DNA of 63,322 nucleotides, counting the filler, from Aduncisulcus paluster (taxonomy: Eukaryota): NCBI GenBank assembly GCA_024181965.1. It is 14 parts of 14 records of this genome, joined end to end, with 100 filler letters (N's around TTAATTAATTAA, not from the genome) between each part and the next. Parts side by side here need not be neighbours in the genome. Positions count along the whole stretch, not along the records: positions 46,668 to 57,727 come from BQXS01011892.1; positions 57,828 to 61,438 come from BQXS01011893.1; 12 more parts are not named here. One strand, given 5' to 3'. The notes under the pieces were generated by a model. It did not search any database. It saw nothing but the letters and a program-made list of their open reading frames with translations, and was not told where the DNA came from. Below, one piece after another: positions 48,370 to 61,022 of this stretch. The number at the start of each line of letters is the position of its first letter. Within the stretch, counting starts at the first letter, position 1. A program made the position numbers and the translations under genes.

Positions 48370-51300
48370 ATGGAACCTAAAATAATTACTTCATCTTCCG
48401 CAATTACAAGAAAGTGTCCTCTCGGGATTACTGGTTTTTTTGAGACCCAACTTGTTAAATGTGATGAAATTTCACATTTATGTGTCTATAAAAAGATTCT
48501 AGGAGGACTTACACGCCAGAAGGTAATTCAATCTAAAAAAGACTTTAAAATGATGAAGAGACTCTTTTCTAAGGTTTCTCAACGCATTCCTAGGTATTTC
48601 TACATTGTTGACCTCCTTGATAAAGATTTCAAGGGTGAATTTGGTTATCTCATGGAATTTTGTATTGGAGGGCATATTATGGAATTTGCAAAGAGCTGGT
48701 GTGCTGATGGGAAGTATGAAGAAGAAGAGGAAAGCTCAAGCTTTAATTCTGATTCCGATTCCGATTCAAGCTCTGATTCTGATTATTTTCCATTTTACAA
48801 ATCCAAAACAATGAACCCTGTCAAATTGAGTTCTATTTGTATTGAGGCGATTGAGTGCCTTGACGATATTTTCACTGCCGACCACAATTTTATCCATCGT
48901 GATGTTAAACCCAACAATTTTCTTGTTAGAGCTAATCCTCATTCTGGAAAATGCTCTCTCGTTCTTTCTGGTCTTTCTCTTTCAAAGTTTCAAACAATTG
49001 ATGACGATTCGAAGAAATCTATTTATGGGACATTGGTCTATAACTCATACGAGGCTCTTGAAGGGTATCATTATCAACTAAGTGATGCACATTCGCTTGG
49101 AGTGTCAATTATGACGTTATTCTTTGGTAGAAATCCTTTGTTAAATGTTCCAAGATTGCGAGGGGTGGATTCTAAATTGGAATTTGTTCATGAACTGTGT
49201 GACCTACTCAAAAGTGGTGATCTTCCCCAACTCTCTTCATCTCCTCTCTTTCAATCCCTTCAGACCATTGATGGTGGGAAATACAAACCCGTTTTTAAGT
49301 GTTTAAACGAAGTATTTGAGGGTTTGACAAAGTTTGATATTCGTAAACGTATGAGTGTCCATGAAGCTAGAGAGAAAGTACAATCTATCAAACATCTCCT
49401 CCCAAGATTTGGAGAAGGATGGGAAGCTCCCAGAATTGAGGATGTTATTGAGGAAAAATGTAGAAATTCTTATTTACCAAAGAAACCTAAAACAATTCCT
49501 TCTTCTTCTGCCTTTTCTCCCCTGTGCATTGTTGGCAGAGGGGGATTTGGTGAACGTCAGCTTGTTAAAATGAAAGGTCTTCCAACCTATTGTATATTCA
49601 AAAAACTTCTTAGACATGACGATAAAAAGAGTCTTGTACAGTGCCAACAAGAATTCAAAAATCTCATGAGGCTATTTATTATGGTCAATCCCCAACGTGT
49701 TCCCCGTCCTATTAGCTTTGTTAATCTCCTTGATAAAGATTTCAAGGGCAAATGTGGTTATCTCATGGAATTTTGTATTGGAGGGCATATTATGAAATTT
49801 GCAAGGAGTTGGTGTGCTGATGGGAAGTATGAACTTCATACTCTTCTTGAAGAAGAAGAGGAAAGCTCAAGCTCTGATTCTGATTCCGATTTCGATTCAA
49901 GCTTTAGTTCTAATAGTTCTAATGTTGATGTTCCATATTACGATCCCAAAACAATGAACCCTGCCAAATTGAGTTCAATTTCTGTCGAGATGATTGAGTG
50001 TCTTGACGATGTATTCACGGCCAACCACAATTTTATCCATCGTGATGTTAAACCTGAACATTTCCTTGTTAGATCTGATCCTGATTCTGGAAAATGCTCT
50101 CTCGTTCTTTCTGGTCTTTCTCTTTCAAAGTTTGAAACATCTGATGACGATTCTAAGAAATCTTTTTGTGGAACATATGTCTATAACTCATACGAAGCTC
50201 TTGGAGGGTATCAATCTCAAGAAAGTGATGCACATTCGCTTGGAATGTCAATTATGACGTTATTCTTTGGTAGAAATCCTTTGTTAGATGCTCCAGAATT
50301 AAAATGGGCTGATTCTCCATTGAACTATGTTCATGAACTGCGTGACCTACTCATAAGTGGTTATCTTCCCAAACTCTCTGAATCTCCTCTCTTTCAATCA
50401 CTTCAGACCATTGATGGTGGGAAATACAAACCCGTTTTTAAGTGTTTAAACGAAGTATTTGAGGGTTTGACAAAGTTTGATATTGACGATCGTATGAGTG
50501 TCCATGAAGCTAGAGAGAAANNNNNNNNNNNNNNNNNNNNATGTTCATGAACTGCGTGACCTACTCATAAGTGGTTATCTTCCCAAACTCTCTGAATCTC
50601 CTCTCTTTCAATCACTTCAGACCATTGATGGTGGGAAATACAAACCCGTTTTTAAGTGTTTAAACGAAGTATTTGAGGGTTTGACAAAGTTTGATATTGA
50701 CGATCGTATGAGTGTCCATGAAGCTAGAGAGAAAGTACAATCTATCAAACATCTCCTCCCAAGATTTGGAGAAGGATGGGAAGCTCCCAGAATTGAGGAC
50801 GGCATTGATGTTGAGGAAAAACTCAGGAAATATGGTTTTCCTGAAGGAGAAGAAGAATCTTTGGAATCACCCCCCAGCATCGACTCGGTTTTCTCTGATT
50901 CACTCGGTTCATCCGGTCACTTCATTCCTGCCCCGCCAGAATCATCTGATTCATCTCCAAAACCTACTCCAAAACCCTCCCCCAAACCTACCCCCAAACC
51001 TGCTGTCCTTCCTCAAACATTAACTTCCTCTTCCAGTGTGACTCCTCTGTGCATCATTGGAGAAGGAGGTTTTGGTGTTGTCATCCTTACCCGTGTTGAA
51101 TATCCTGGTTTATCTTCCCCTTGTTCGTTGTGTGCTCTGAAGTGCATGGAGAATCATGAAACACATGCAAACAACGCTAAATGCGTGAAAAGCATGAAAG
51201 ACGAATTCTCTCGTCAGTCTCGTTTATATTCTATTCCAGCCATCCAAAGTTGTGTTCCTCGTCCTCTGCACATTCTTGATCTGCTTGACTCTGATCAGAA

Positions 51301-52521
51301 AGGGACGTTAGGTATCATGATGGAGTTCTGTCGAGGTGGCAATGTTATGGAGTTTGCAAAGAGTTGGGCTGTTGATCTCTCTAAATGTGACCCAGATGTG
51401 GACGATGAAGATGACCTTGTGTATGATCCTGTGAAGATTGCATCCTTGTGTGTGGGCATCATCGAGTGTGTGCTCTGAAGTGCATGGAGAATCATGAAAC
51501 ACATGCAAACAACGCTAAATGCGTGAAAAGCATGAAAGACGAATTCTCTCGTCAGTCTCGTTTATATTCTATTCCAGCCATCCAAAGTTGTGTTCCTCGT
51601 CCTCTGCACATTCTTGATCTGCTTGACTCTGATCAGAAAGGGACGTTAGGTATCATGATGGAGTTCTGTCGAGGTGGCAATGTTATGGAGTTTGCAAAGA
51701 GTTGGGCTGTTGATCTCTCTAAATGTGACCCAGATGTGGACGATGAAGATGACCTTGTGTATGATCCTGTGAAGATTGCATCCTTGTGTGTGGGCATCAT
51801 CGAGTGTGTCTCTGATGTGTTTACTGCAAAGGAGCAACTTGTTCATCGAGACATTAAACCCGATAACTTCCTTGTTCGGCACGATGCTTCGAAAGGAAAG
51901 TGTAAGATTGTCCTCGGAGATTTGGGTCTTGTGAAGATTCGTGATACAATGTCTCAGCTATCGTCCTTCAACACATCAGAGCATTCCACAAAGACTTCAT
52001 TTTCATACAAGCCATCGATTGTGGGCACTCTGTGTTACAATGCTCCTGAGAGTTTGAAGAATGGGTTTTATACCCAACGCAGTGATGCATGGGGAGTTGT
52101 CCTGACCATCTGGTCTCTCTTCAATAGGATGCAGCAACCATTCATGACTATTCCTACAATCAGGAATATTCCTCATTCTGATGATTATGATACGATTTTA
52201 TGTTCAAGACTTATAAAGATAGTCTTTGATCCTGATCGCCTTCCACAACTCCTTGATAGTGCAACCTTCTGTGCCCTTGAGACACTGGATGGTGGGAAGT
52301 ACAAACCTGTGTATAAAGTGTTCCTTGAAGTGTTCGATGGTCTGTTAAACCCAGATCGCTTCAAACGAATGATGATCAACCAAGCCCGTGTGTTGACCGA
52401 TAAGATCAAACATTTGCTCCCTGATGTTGGAGAAGGATGGAGCTGTCCACCCCTTGAGGAGTACATTGACTGTCAGCTTGAAGAGTATAAGGGTGAAACT
52501 GGTGCCAAATACATCAAATAA
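48370..52521 (+). CDS. Triple protein-kinase-domain protein (~1199 aa after removing 214-nt and 338-nt duplications)
   Basis: Three repeats of MEFC.GG, IHRDVKP/VHRDIKP and GT..YN..E. Gly loops are GRGGFG and GEGGFG. Domain 3 has ALK and DLG; domains 1-2 have SGL at the DFG position. Confidence 0.88.
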
Positions 52522-53177
52522 TGAAATAACGACAGCGATGGAGTGATATTATCCACACGAGATAGTTTTGAAACAAACCCTCCAACTTCCAAACAAAACA
52601 AAACAAATGGACAAGTATGAATCATACCAGTATGATACTTAGTGAGTATCTACAAACTCTACTCTACTTTATTACAGTGTATCATAGAACTAGTCGATGG
52701 TTCTTTCCAATCATCAGCTCGAGTGATGTTCCAGATATCTGATATCCCATTATTCTTGACAAAAAGTCAATATTTCCATCCCTTGGACATCTTGGGCATT
52801 ATTGGATTTTGGTGTTATGTACGAAGGTATTTCAGTTCATTCAAATGTGCTGAAATACACTGCATTATCGTAGATTGAATCTATAGATTCTACAGTCTTT
52901 CCAAAAATAAAATAAAATAAGAAACGAAGTGAGGATCAAGATAAAAACGAAAACAACAGAAAAAGAGAGAGAATACAACAACCAACCAGAGAACGACGAT
53001 ACCATTAGATTAGCAGATTGTCACATTATCAGGATATTAGATTATCTCCGACTCCCTTAATAGTGATAGTAGCATCATTACACACAATGGAGACGTTCTC
53101 AACAAGAAGAATATTCCGTACAAATTGAACAACAACAATAGCAATAGTAATGGTCATACTTTCAAGATCAATGAACA

Positions 53178-55922
53178 TCACTCCTTTGCCCGTCCAAGAG
53201 CATTCAAAGTCTCTGTCGTCTCCTTTAGTTGCTTCCTCAACTCTGAGATGGTGGAGATTAACACCTTATTGCGCTTGAACACAGAGTCATACTCGTTGGA
53301 TTTCTTCAGTAAATCCTTGCGTAATTCCGCTTCTCTTCCTTCACTCTCTTTTCTTTGCTGTCTTTCATTCTCCAAAGCAGCACGAAGAGCCTGGTTGACA
53401 GACAGGAAATCACTTCTCTCGGCATCTCTCTCCTCCGCTTCCTTTTCACGTTGTTTAAGCGTCTGTAACATCTTTTCCTCTTCTCGTTTCCTCTCCTCTT
53501 CACGCAGAATCTCTTCGCTCCGTTTCCTCTCTTCTTCACGTTTCCTTGCCTTTTGGCGTTCATCTTCACGACACTCACGCTCACGAACTTCCTCTTCAAT
53601 CCTAAGGCGTTCAGGACTCACCTGTGAGAAAGAACACATCTTGGCGATGGGCATGGGAGTAGGTGTCGGCAATGGATGCAACGGTTGACGGTGCTCTTCA
53701 AGGACTATCTGATGTGCTTCGTGGATCTTACGTTCTTTTTCTTCACTCTCAAGTCGCAATTGTTCAATAATTTGATGTTGTTTCTGAACGTGTTGTCTCT
53801 TTACAATTTGGAGCTGGGAAGCATGATGTTTGCACGTTTGTTCCAATTTTTCAAGAATTTCTGCATCCCTTTCCTTCTCTTGTTTCCTGACTTCTCTCTC
53901 CTTCAAGAGAGATTCTTGGTCCTTTTTCTTGTCACGCTCCATTTTTTTCACAAGCCAAACGGTACCTTTCTGTTTTTCCTCGAGTGCAGTGAAATCGGCA
54001 AGAACAGACTCAAGGCGCCGTTTTAACTGCTTGTTTTCATCTGACGTGACGATAAGTTCAGCCGTTCTTTTCTGAAGCTGTTTTTGTAGGTTCTTGATCT
54101 TTGACTGCGACATGGACTGAACAGATGCAGATGTCATGAGTTGAGATGGAGTTGAGGAGGAACGCGGAAGGAATGCACCAGAGGAAGAAGAGGAAGAAGT
54201 AATACCCTTTGCATTGATGGTACCTTGGGCAGAGGACCTGAATCCACCAGTTGAAGTGCCATCAATACCTCTTCCTTGAGGTCTCGACTGAGTCCCACTC
54301 CGACCACCATGAACACCCATCGAAGGTGAGAGATGGTTGGACTTCTTCTGATACTTCTTACCTGTGGAGGCTGTACTTGTCGATTGGGCATACCCACGGT
54401 GCTGCTTAGCTTCTTCAGTGAACCATACTTCTCTCTCAATGTCTCTCTTCGCACCTTGTTTAATATCTGACTCAAGACGAGACTCAGACAGATCATGTCT
54501 CAAACTACTCTGTGAGGAGGAAGAGGAAGAGTGAGGGTAGGTGTGATATGGTTTGCCTTGATGATGGGAATGACGTATATGCGATGAAGTGCCTCCTGTG
54601 GTCTGAGTCTGAGGCTCAATGGTACTAAGATGAGACATCCGGAGAGAATCAGCATTCCTGTTCTTTTCCTTTGCCATTGATCTAGATTTACCAACCATTG
54701 AAGATGAATGGCCAGAAATCTTTCGATCAGAGCCACCAGAAGCATGGCTTGTTGTAGAACTAAACAAAGGTGGGACATACGGAGATATTGTTGAAAATAT
54801 GGCATTCTCTTCCTCTTCAACGCCTCCACGAGTTTGGCGCATCTTTAAACACTCTCCAATGGATGTACAAACACTCTCGCGAGTGCATCCAAGGAAGAAT
54901 ATAAGGGGATTGTTTGAGGGGAGAAGTTGGGCCATTCTAGACATTCGTGGAAGGAATGGAGTCGGAGATGCGGGTGAATATGAGAAACTCATGCCTCTAT
55001 CCTTGCTGGATACAATGGAACTGGCAGAAGACACTCCACCTTCATATAAGGATCTAATGCTGCTGCTGAAGATCTGAGAGGAGGTTTGAGCCATGGTTAT
55101 AATACGAAATACACCTATTCTAGCTTGAGAAGTTGGGATATCAACTTTTGTAAGACGCTTGGCGGATGACAATGAAAAACCAGAATCTGGTGAAGTAGCA
55201 CAGACTTCAACGTTGAACACAAGATGACAATCGCTAAGAGATGGCTTAGATCCACCACTTGGTGGCATAGAAGCTAATATTCCGGGGATAGCAGAAAATA
55301 TTCTATTTTGAAGTGTGGAAACTTCATATATATCATTAATACGCTGGGACATGGTATTCCTAATGCATACTCCACGGGTAGGTGTCGAAATAAGATTAGG
55401 TCTTGAGGATGGAGATAAAGCGCCAGCTTGTTTGTTTGGGAAGGGATAATGCCTAGAAGATGAAGTTGAAGGAGGCATTACTTCGTTAATATATGCTATT
55501 ATATCAATTATTTCTTCCTTTAGGACAGATTTTTTTGGAATTAGAAGGGTAGCCGAGAGATATACAGAATGATCCACCATTGAACTCTCATTAGCACCAA
55601 GTATGTGGAAAACATCATTTAATGCACTAATTAATAAAGAGTCGTCCTGACTAAATACTAATTTGTGGAATAAAGAAGAAGAAGGAGCAGATAATAATAC
55701 ATTGAACTTTTCACCCATACAAACATGAGTAATTGCAGGGGCGACAAAGTTAGAATAAATGTCATAGGCAGTGAAATCCTGATTCTTACACAAGACATCG
55801 GTATCATATGACTTTTTATCAGTTTTTCGAAGGATGGAGACTTTCTTTTGAGATTTGCTTAATTCTACTCTTCCATCAATACATCTAACTGTATCATTAG
55901 AAGCACAGAAAATCAGCTTCAT
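53178..55922 (-). CDS. Divergent kinesin-like protein (degenerate motor domain, Ser-rich linker, C-terminal coiled coil), 914 aa
   Basis: Kinesin scaffold segments occur in order: YDTDVL, IYSNFVAPAITHVCMGEKFNVL, LLISALNDVF, SVYLSA, EEIIDII, PTRGVCI, SDCHLVFNVEV, GVFRIITMA. E/R/K coiled coil at C-terminus. Confidence 0.65.
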   Translation of the reverse strand: MKLIFCASNDTVRCIDGRVELSKSQKKVSILRKTDKKSYDTDVLCKNQDFTAYDIYSNFVAPAITHVCMGEKFNVLLSAPSSSLFHKLVFSQDDSLLISALNDVFHILGANESSMVDHSVYLSATLLIPKKSVLKEEIIDIIAYINEVMPPSTSSSRHYPFPNKQAGALSPSSRPNLISTPTRGVCIRNTMSQRINDIYEVSTLQNRIFSAIPGILASMPPSGGSKPSLSDCHLVFNVEVCATSPDSGFSLSSAKRLTKVDIPTSQARIGVFRIITMAQTSSQIFSSSIRSLYEGGVSSASSIVSSKDRGMSFSYSPASPTPFLPRMSRMAQLLPSNNPLIFFLGCTRESVCTSIGECLKMRQTRGGVEEEENAIFSTISPYVPPLFSSTTSHASGGSDRKISGHSSSMVGKSRSMAKEKNRNADSLRMSHLSTIEPQTQTTGGTSSHIRHSHHQGKPYHTYPHSSSSSSQSSLRHDLSESRLESDIKQGAKRDIEREVWFTEEAKQHRGYAQSTSTASTGKKYQKKSNHLSPSMGVHGGRSGTQSRPQGRGIDGTSTGGFRSSAQGTINAKGITSSSSSSGAFLPRSSSTPSQLMTSASVQSMSQSKIKNLQKQLQKRTAELIVTSDENKQLKRRLESVLADFTALEEKQKGTVWLVKKMERDKKKDQESLLKEREVRKQEKERDAEILEKLEQTCKHHASQLQIVKRQHVQKQHQIIEQLRLESEEKERKIHEAHQIVLEEHRQPLHPLPTPTPMPIAKMCSFSQVSPERLRIEEEVRERECREDERQKARKREEERKRSEEILREEERKREEEKMLQTLKQREKEAEERDAERSDFLSVNQALRAALENERQQRKESEGREAELRKDLLKKSNEYDSVFKRNKVLISTISELRKQLKETTETLNALGRAKE

Positions 55923-56102
55923 TTAGATACGATAACTGTGCTACAAAACCAAGCAAAGTAAAAAGTTTTTCCAGATGGTAATAACCCCAAAAATAATCGA
56001 GTCGGTTAAAAGATCTTCAATAAATTTTCTTTTTAAAACTTTTAATGTTACTAAAAAATACCATTAATAATTGATATCAACTGATAGGATGTTTCTTGCC
56101 TT

Positions 56103-57727
56103 ATGATACTATCTATCGATGGTCTTGAGGTGATATTTCCATATCCTACTGTGTATAAGGAGCAAGTCTCCTTTATGCATTATTATAAACATATTTTAGG
56201 TACGATTCAAAATATAAATTGATTATTCTATTTTCTGTTGCGCCTTTGGACATATTACTTATTAATGGTTATTTATTTTTGTATTAGATAATGGATCCGC
56301 CGATAAGCATATTGGAATGATTGAAATGCCTTCAGGAACCGGTAAAACAGCAGCAATATTGAGCGTGGCTCTGGCTTATCTATTTCATCATCCTGAACGT
56401 TATAAAAAAATATATTACACAACAAGAACAATTTCACAGATAGAACAAATTATGCGTGAATTGAGACGATGTATAAAAGGTCGAATTGAACATTATACCC
56501 AAATTGAGGCTGAATCGCCCGGGAGACGTCTTTTAAATCCTCATGGAACCCCATTATCTGCTTTTGACCGGGATTTATTTGCTGTAGCTCTTTCTAGTCG
56601 TAAGAATCTCTGTATTAATGCTGCAGTCACTCGGCGAAATGTGAGAGGCTATGACAAAGAATCAAATATGATTATTTCAACATCATCCTTATCCCCCAGT
56701 GACCAATTGGGTTCAAGTAGATCCCTCCCTGCCAGTACTGTGGATTGTAGATGCTCAGCTCTCACAAGTATAAATTCCCGGGTGAAAGCTAACCTCAATG
56801 GTCTTAAGAATGCCGATATAAAGCTCCCAACTTCACTTAAAGACATTGAAGATGCCGCTGAGGGTGTCACTCGCCATTGTCCTTTCTTCGAGTTCCTTGT
56901 GCGTTCCCGAGATCCTCCATCATTGGCTCTGAAAAGAAAGAGAGAATCGGAGCATCATTCACGTCATATGCATCGCTCTATAAAAAAGGAGGAAGATGAT
57001 GAGGAGAGCAGCGATGAGAGCAGTGACCCCACTGAAGATGAAGAAGTCAGTGTGAAGAAAGAGAAAAGCAGTGGCGGTGCGTATCAATCCTCTAAATCTC
57101 TATCTTCTGATATATCCATGGGGAAGAGAAGGTCGATACCAACAGGTTCTTCCATTCATGATGATACCATGAAATCAAAGATTGGACAGGATGATGGCTT
57201 TGCGTATCCAATCCACACCTATAATCTTTCAGCTCTGCGAACAGCATGTGGATCTGTCGGAATATGCCCTTATCACACGGCGAGGCATTCATTTTATGAG
57301 GCTGATATTGTCGTCTGTTCCTATTTATATCTCCTTGATCCGACACTGACAGAGGATATCGAACTGATTCCTAAAAATAGCATGGTTATTTTCGATGAAG
57401 CACACAATATCGAAGGTGTTTGCAAAGAGATTCTCAGCCAACATATAAATAGACGCATTCTATCCGCATCCCAGGTCTGTTTGGATGAGCTTTCAAAACG
57501 ACTGGATGATAAAAAAATCATGGCTTATGCGAAAGCTGTGAGCAAAACGAGGAAAGCCGTGTTTGGTCAAGGTCGATGTGATCTCTCCATCCTGAATGTT
57601 AGCGAACAGAGGGTCGGCAGGATCCCCAAGGTTGGTGAGATTCCTGAACAGTCAACGATATCTGAATGGCAGCGTTCTGTCCTCTCCCTCTCTTCCACTC
57701 CTTCACCAAGCCCTTTTAGCATTGGAG
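56103..57727 (+). CDS. ERCC2: XPD/Rad3 (ERCC2-family) Fe-S helicase, exon 1 56103-56199, exon 2 from 56288, 3' partial
   Basis: Exon 1 MILSIDGLEVIFPYPTVYKEQ (Q motif), then EMPSGTGKT, YTTRT, LSSRKNLCIN, DCRC, CPFFE, CPY (four Fe-S Cys) and VIFDEAHNI. Confidence 0.9.
56200..56287 (+). other. Spliceosomal intron, 88 nt, phase 1
   Basis: GTACGA...TTTTTGTATTAG; removal joins the conserved XPD N-terminus in frame with ATG 56317. Confidence 0.88.
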
Positions 57728-57827
57728 NNNNNNNNNNNNNNNNNNNNNNNNNNNNNNNNNNNNNNNNNNNNTTAATTAATTAANNNNNNNNNNNNNNNNN
57801 NNNNNNNNNNNNNNNNNNNNNNNNNNN

Positions 57828-60321
57828 CTTTACTGATAACGTTGCTGAGGATGTGAATTACGATCCAATGCCCGGACTTATGGATGGTTTCCTTCTCGCC
57901 AAATTGGTTTGTGAGGCTGATCCTAGAATGAAACTTTCTCCTTCTGAAGATGCCGGTGCCAAGGCTTTGACCAGAAGTGGAACCAAAGTTTTCAAATCCG
58001 TTTTGAAATGGGCAAAGGACGAAGGGTTCCGCTTTGATCACCCTCTTGGATCCACTCTCAGTATTGATGACATCAATCCTGCTGAGACTGAATCACATGC
58101 TCTCATGTGGGTTCAACTCGCCGATATCGTTCAATGGTGTTTTTCAGAGTTTTCTCGTACCCTTCCCGTTTCTGAAATTCCCATGGATGAGGTTGATTCT
58201 GTTTTCTCTCCTGGTGAAATCACTTTCGCCACTTCCATTTATGGAGATGAAACTGTCACCATGCACGACGTGAGCAAAGATTTGCACACTTCACCCAATA
58301 TCTTTAACACTGGTGTGTTCGCATACTGTATCGTGGCTTTCTTTGCCAGTCTTGGGTTTGGATTAATTGGAATTGCTATCAATACTCATCTTAAGAGCCA
58401 TATGACTCTTATGGGAGAACCTATCGAAAACTGGCAGTTCACTCTTTTCATTGCTGTTTTTAACCTTGTGCAATTTTTCTCTTCTGTCATTATTCAGGGA
58501 CCTGTGAGTGAAAGGATTGGAAGAAAGTGGGCATTTGTATTCATTTTGTTCTGGTATGCTGTTACTGATTTCTGTTATATCTTCGTGAATGGGAATAACG
58601 GTGGTTACTGGGCAATCTTTGCTATTCGTGCTGCTTCTGGTATTGCTGCTCTTATTGCTCCCCTTGGATACTTGTGTGTTTCTGATCTTTCTCCTCCCAA
58701 GACACGTACTCTTAACCTCTGTATCTACACATCCGCCATCTATATCTCTGTTATGGTCAGTCCTATTATCAATCGTTTTGTTGTAAACAAAGTTATTCCT
58801 GATGATCCTTCAGATGATGATTACATTAGAGTTCTCCAGATTGATGCATTCCTTGCCATGTTGTGTCCCCTTTTTGCTATTCTTATTGCAATCATATTCA
58901 CCAAGGAATCTTCGCCCATCATTCTTGCCAACCGTGAACTTAAGGCTCAAGCCAAGGCTGCCAAGAAACTTGCGAAAAAGGATGCTGCCATTGAGATGAC
59001 TGTCACCAAGAAGGAGGAAGTCGAGGAGCCCAAGGAAGAAGGTGATAAGTTCAAACACAGCAAGTTCTGGTCTGTATTCAAGTTTTTGTTCACTAACAGG
59101 GACTTTATTTTGTTGTTCATTGCCTATACTATGTGTGTTGGAGCCTATAGTATCACAAGAGATCTCAATCTCTCTTGGATGACTGACATGCCTTTTAATG
59201 ATCTCTGGGTCAACTTCACAGATGCTGATCAGCCCTATGATACTGATGGTGTTGTCTGGCCTGTCAGTTATCTTGCTCAGTTCAAATCAAACTATCCTAA
59301 ATGGTTGTCTAACTACCAATTTATCAATGCTTTGGCTGTTTATGGATTTGTCGTGTTCTGTGCTTTGGTTGTTGGTCCTTGGTTTACTCGTAGAGCTGGA
59401 GAGATGAACATCACATTCGTTAGTCATGTTATGAATCTTATATCTTTAGTTTTTCATGGTATGACACCATCTCTTGTTGCTAACACATGGGTTAGTATTG
59501 CATGCAATGCCATTGGTGCCATCTCTGAGGCTTGCGCCCACCCTGCCTACCTTTACATGCTTTCCCTCTTCTCTCTTCCCACCAACCGTGGTTCTGTGAC
59601 CGGTATCTCTCAGATCGGTAACTCTGTTGGTCGTGCCGTTCCTACTCTTCTCATCGGTCTCACTTTCGATGCCTTGGAGTCTGTTGGTCCCATCACTGTT
59701 ACCACTAACTATGGTGACATCACTCTCGGAAACTTTGCCCTTGATGATTCTAAGGGTTACTATACTTATCTCACTGCCATTCCCATGGTCTTTATCGGTG
59801 TCATTTGTNNNNNNNNNNNNNNNNNNNNATGCAATGCCATTGGTGCCATCTCTGAGGCTTGCGCCCACCCTGCCTACCTTTACATGCTTTCCCTCTTCTC
59901 TCTTCCCACCACCCGTGGTTCTGTGACCGGTATCTCTCAGATCGGTAACTCTGTTGGTCGTGCCGTTCCTACTCTTCTCATCGGTCTCACTTTCGATGCC
60001 TTGGAGTCTGTTGGTCCCATCACTGTTACCACTAACTATGGTGACATCACTCTCGGAAACTTTGCCCTTGATGATTCTAAGGGTTACTATACTTATCTCA
60101 CTGCCATTCCCATGGTCTTTATCGGTGTCATTTGTCAGGTGTTCGCCAGAGTTCCTATTCTTCGTCATGAGCTTGACTTTAGACAAACATTCATTGACGA
60201 GATTAAGAAGCATTCACGCGCTGGATCCGTGATGGATTTGGACAAGTTCACTAGGATTAGGAATTTCTCTGTTGCTGAGAGAACTCTTCACAAGCCCAGC
60301 TCTGGAAGTGTTTCTGCTTGA
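57828..60321 (+). CDS. MFS transporter (DHA1/TetA-like) with N-terminal soluble CH-like domain, 5' partial in this copy
   Basis: Motif A GPVSERIGRK, IRAASG, VSDLSPPKTR and second-half GPWFTRRAGE, RGSVTG. The 327-nt gap duplication (59502-59828) is artefactual. Confidence 0.88.
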
Positions 60322-61022
60322 TGATGCTTTATGTTAATTAATTCCTTTTTGTTGTTTCTTATTATGTTACTTTGTAAAACCGTGTTATATTTGTGATATA
60401 TATAGCATTTACTATACTTTTATGATTTAGGTTTATTGTTTGAGGTCTCCTTTTTGATTTCTTTTTCTATGATCTCAATATTTCTCTTTTCTTTTATTCT
60501 GCTTTTCTGATTCTTCAACTTCAAGGTAAATACTTGGGTGCTTAGTTTTCACTCCCTCGGTTCGATAGGATTTATTCTGTAAATTTCCAATGGAGAAAAG
60601 TACCAGATGTAAGGTTGTTCCTGAAATCTTTTTTGATTGTTCTTTTTTAAGAACTTGATCCGAATAGATATATCAATATCTCAAATTCTTTATTAATTCT
60701 TCTGCACTGAGACCTGGTTTGATAAATATCAATAAACATTCAGTTGTTATAAATACGTTATTATTGTGGTCCTCTTCATCATGATTTCTGAAGCATTGTA
60801 TCATACAGTTGAACTGCAAATGATCAACTGGTTGGATGATCCGATGATAATTCGTGTGTAATTCATGATAATTTTGCCAATATCATGGACTGGTTAAATA
60901 ATAAAAATGAAATTCTTCAATTTCAATCGACTAAATACAATAATACTGCATAAGATTGCTCTTTTTCTTTTTTACAATCGACAGATGGAGTGTCTTCTTT
61001 CTTTGCTTACCCTTGTTGAAGA

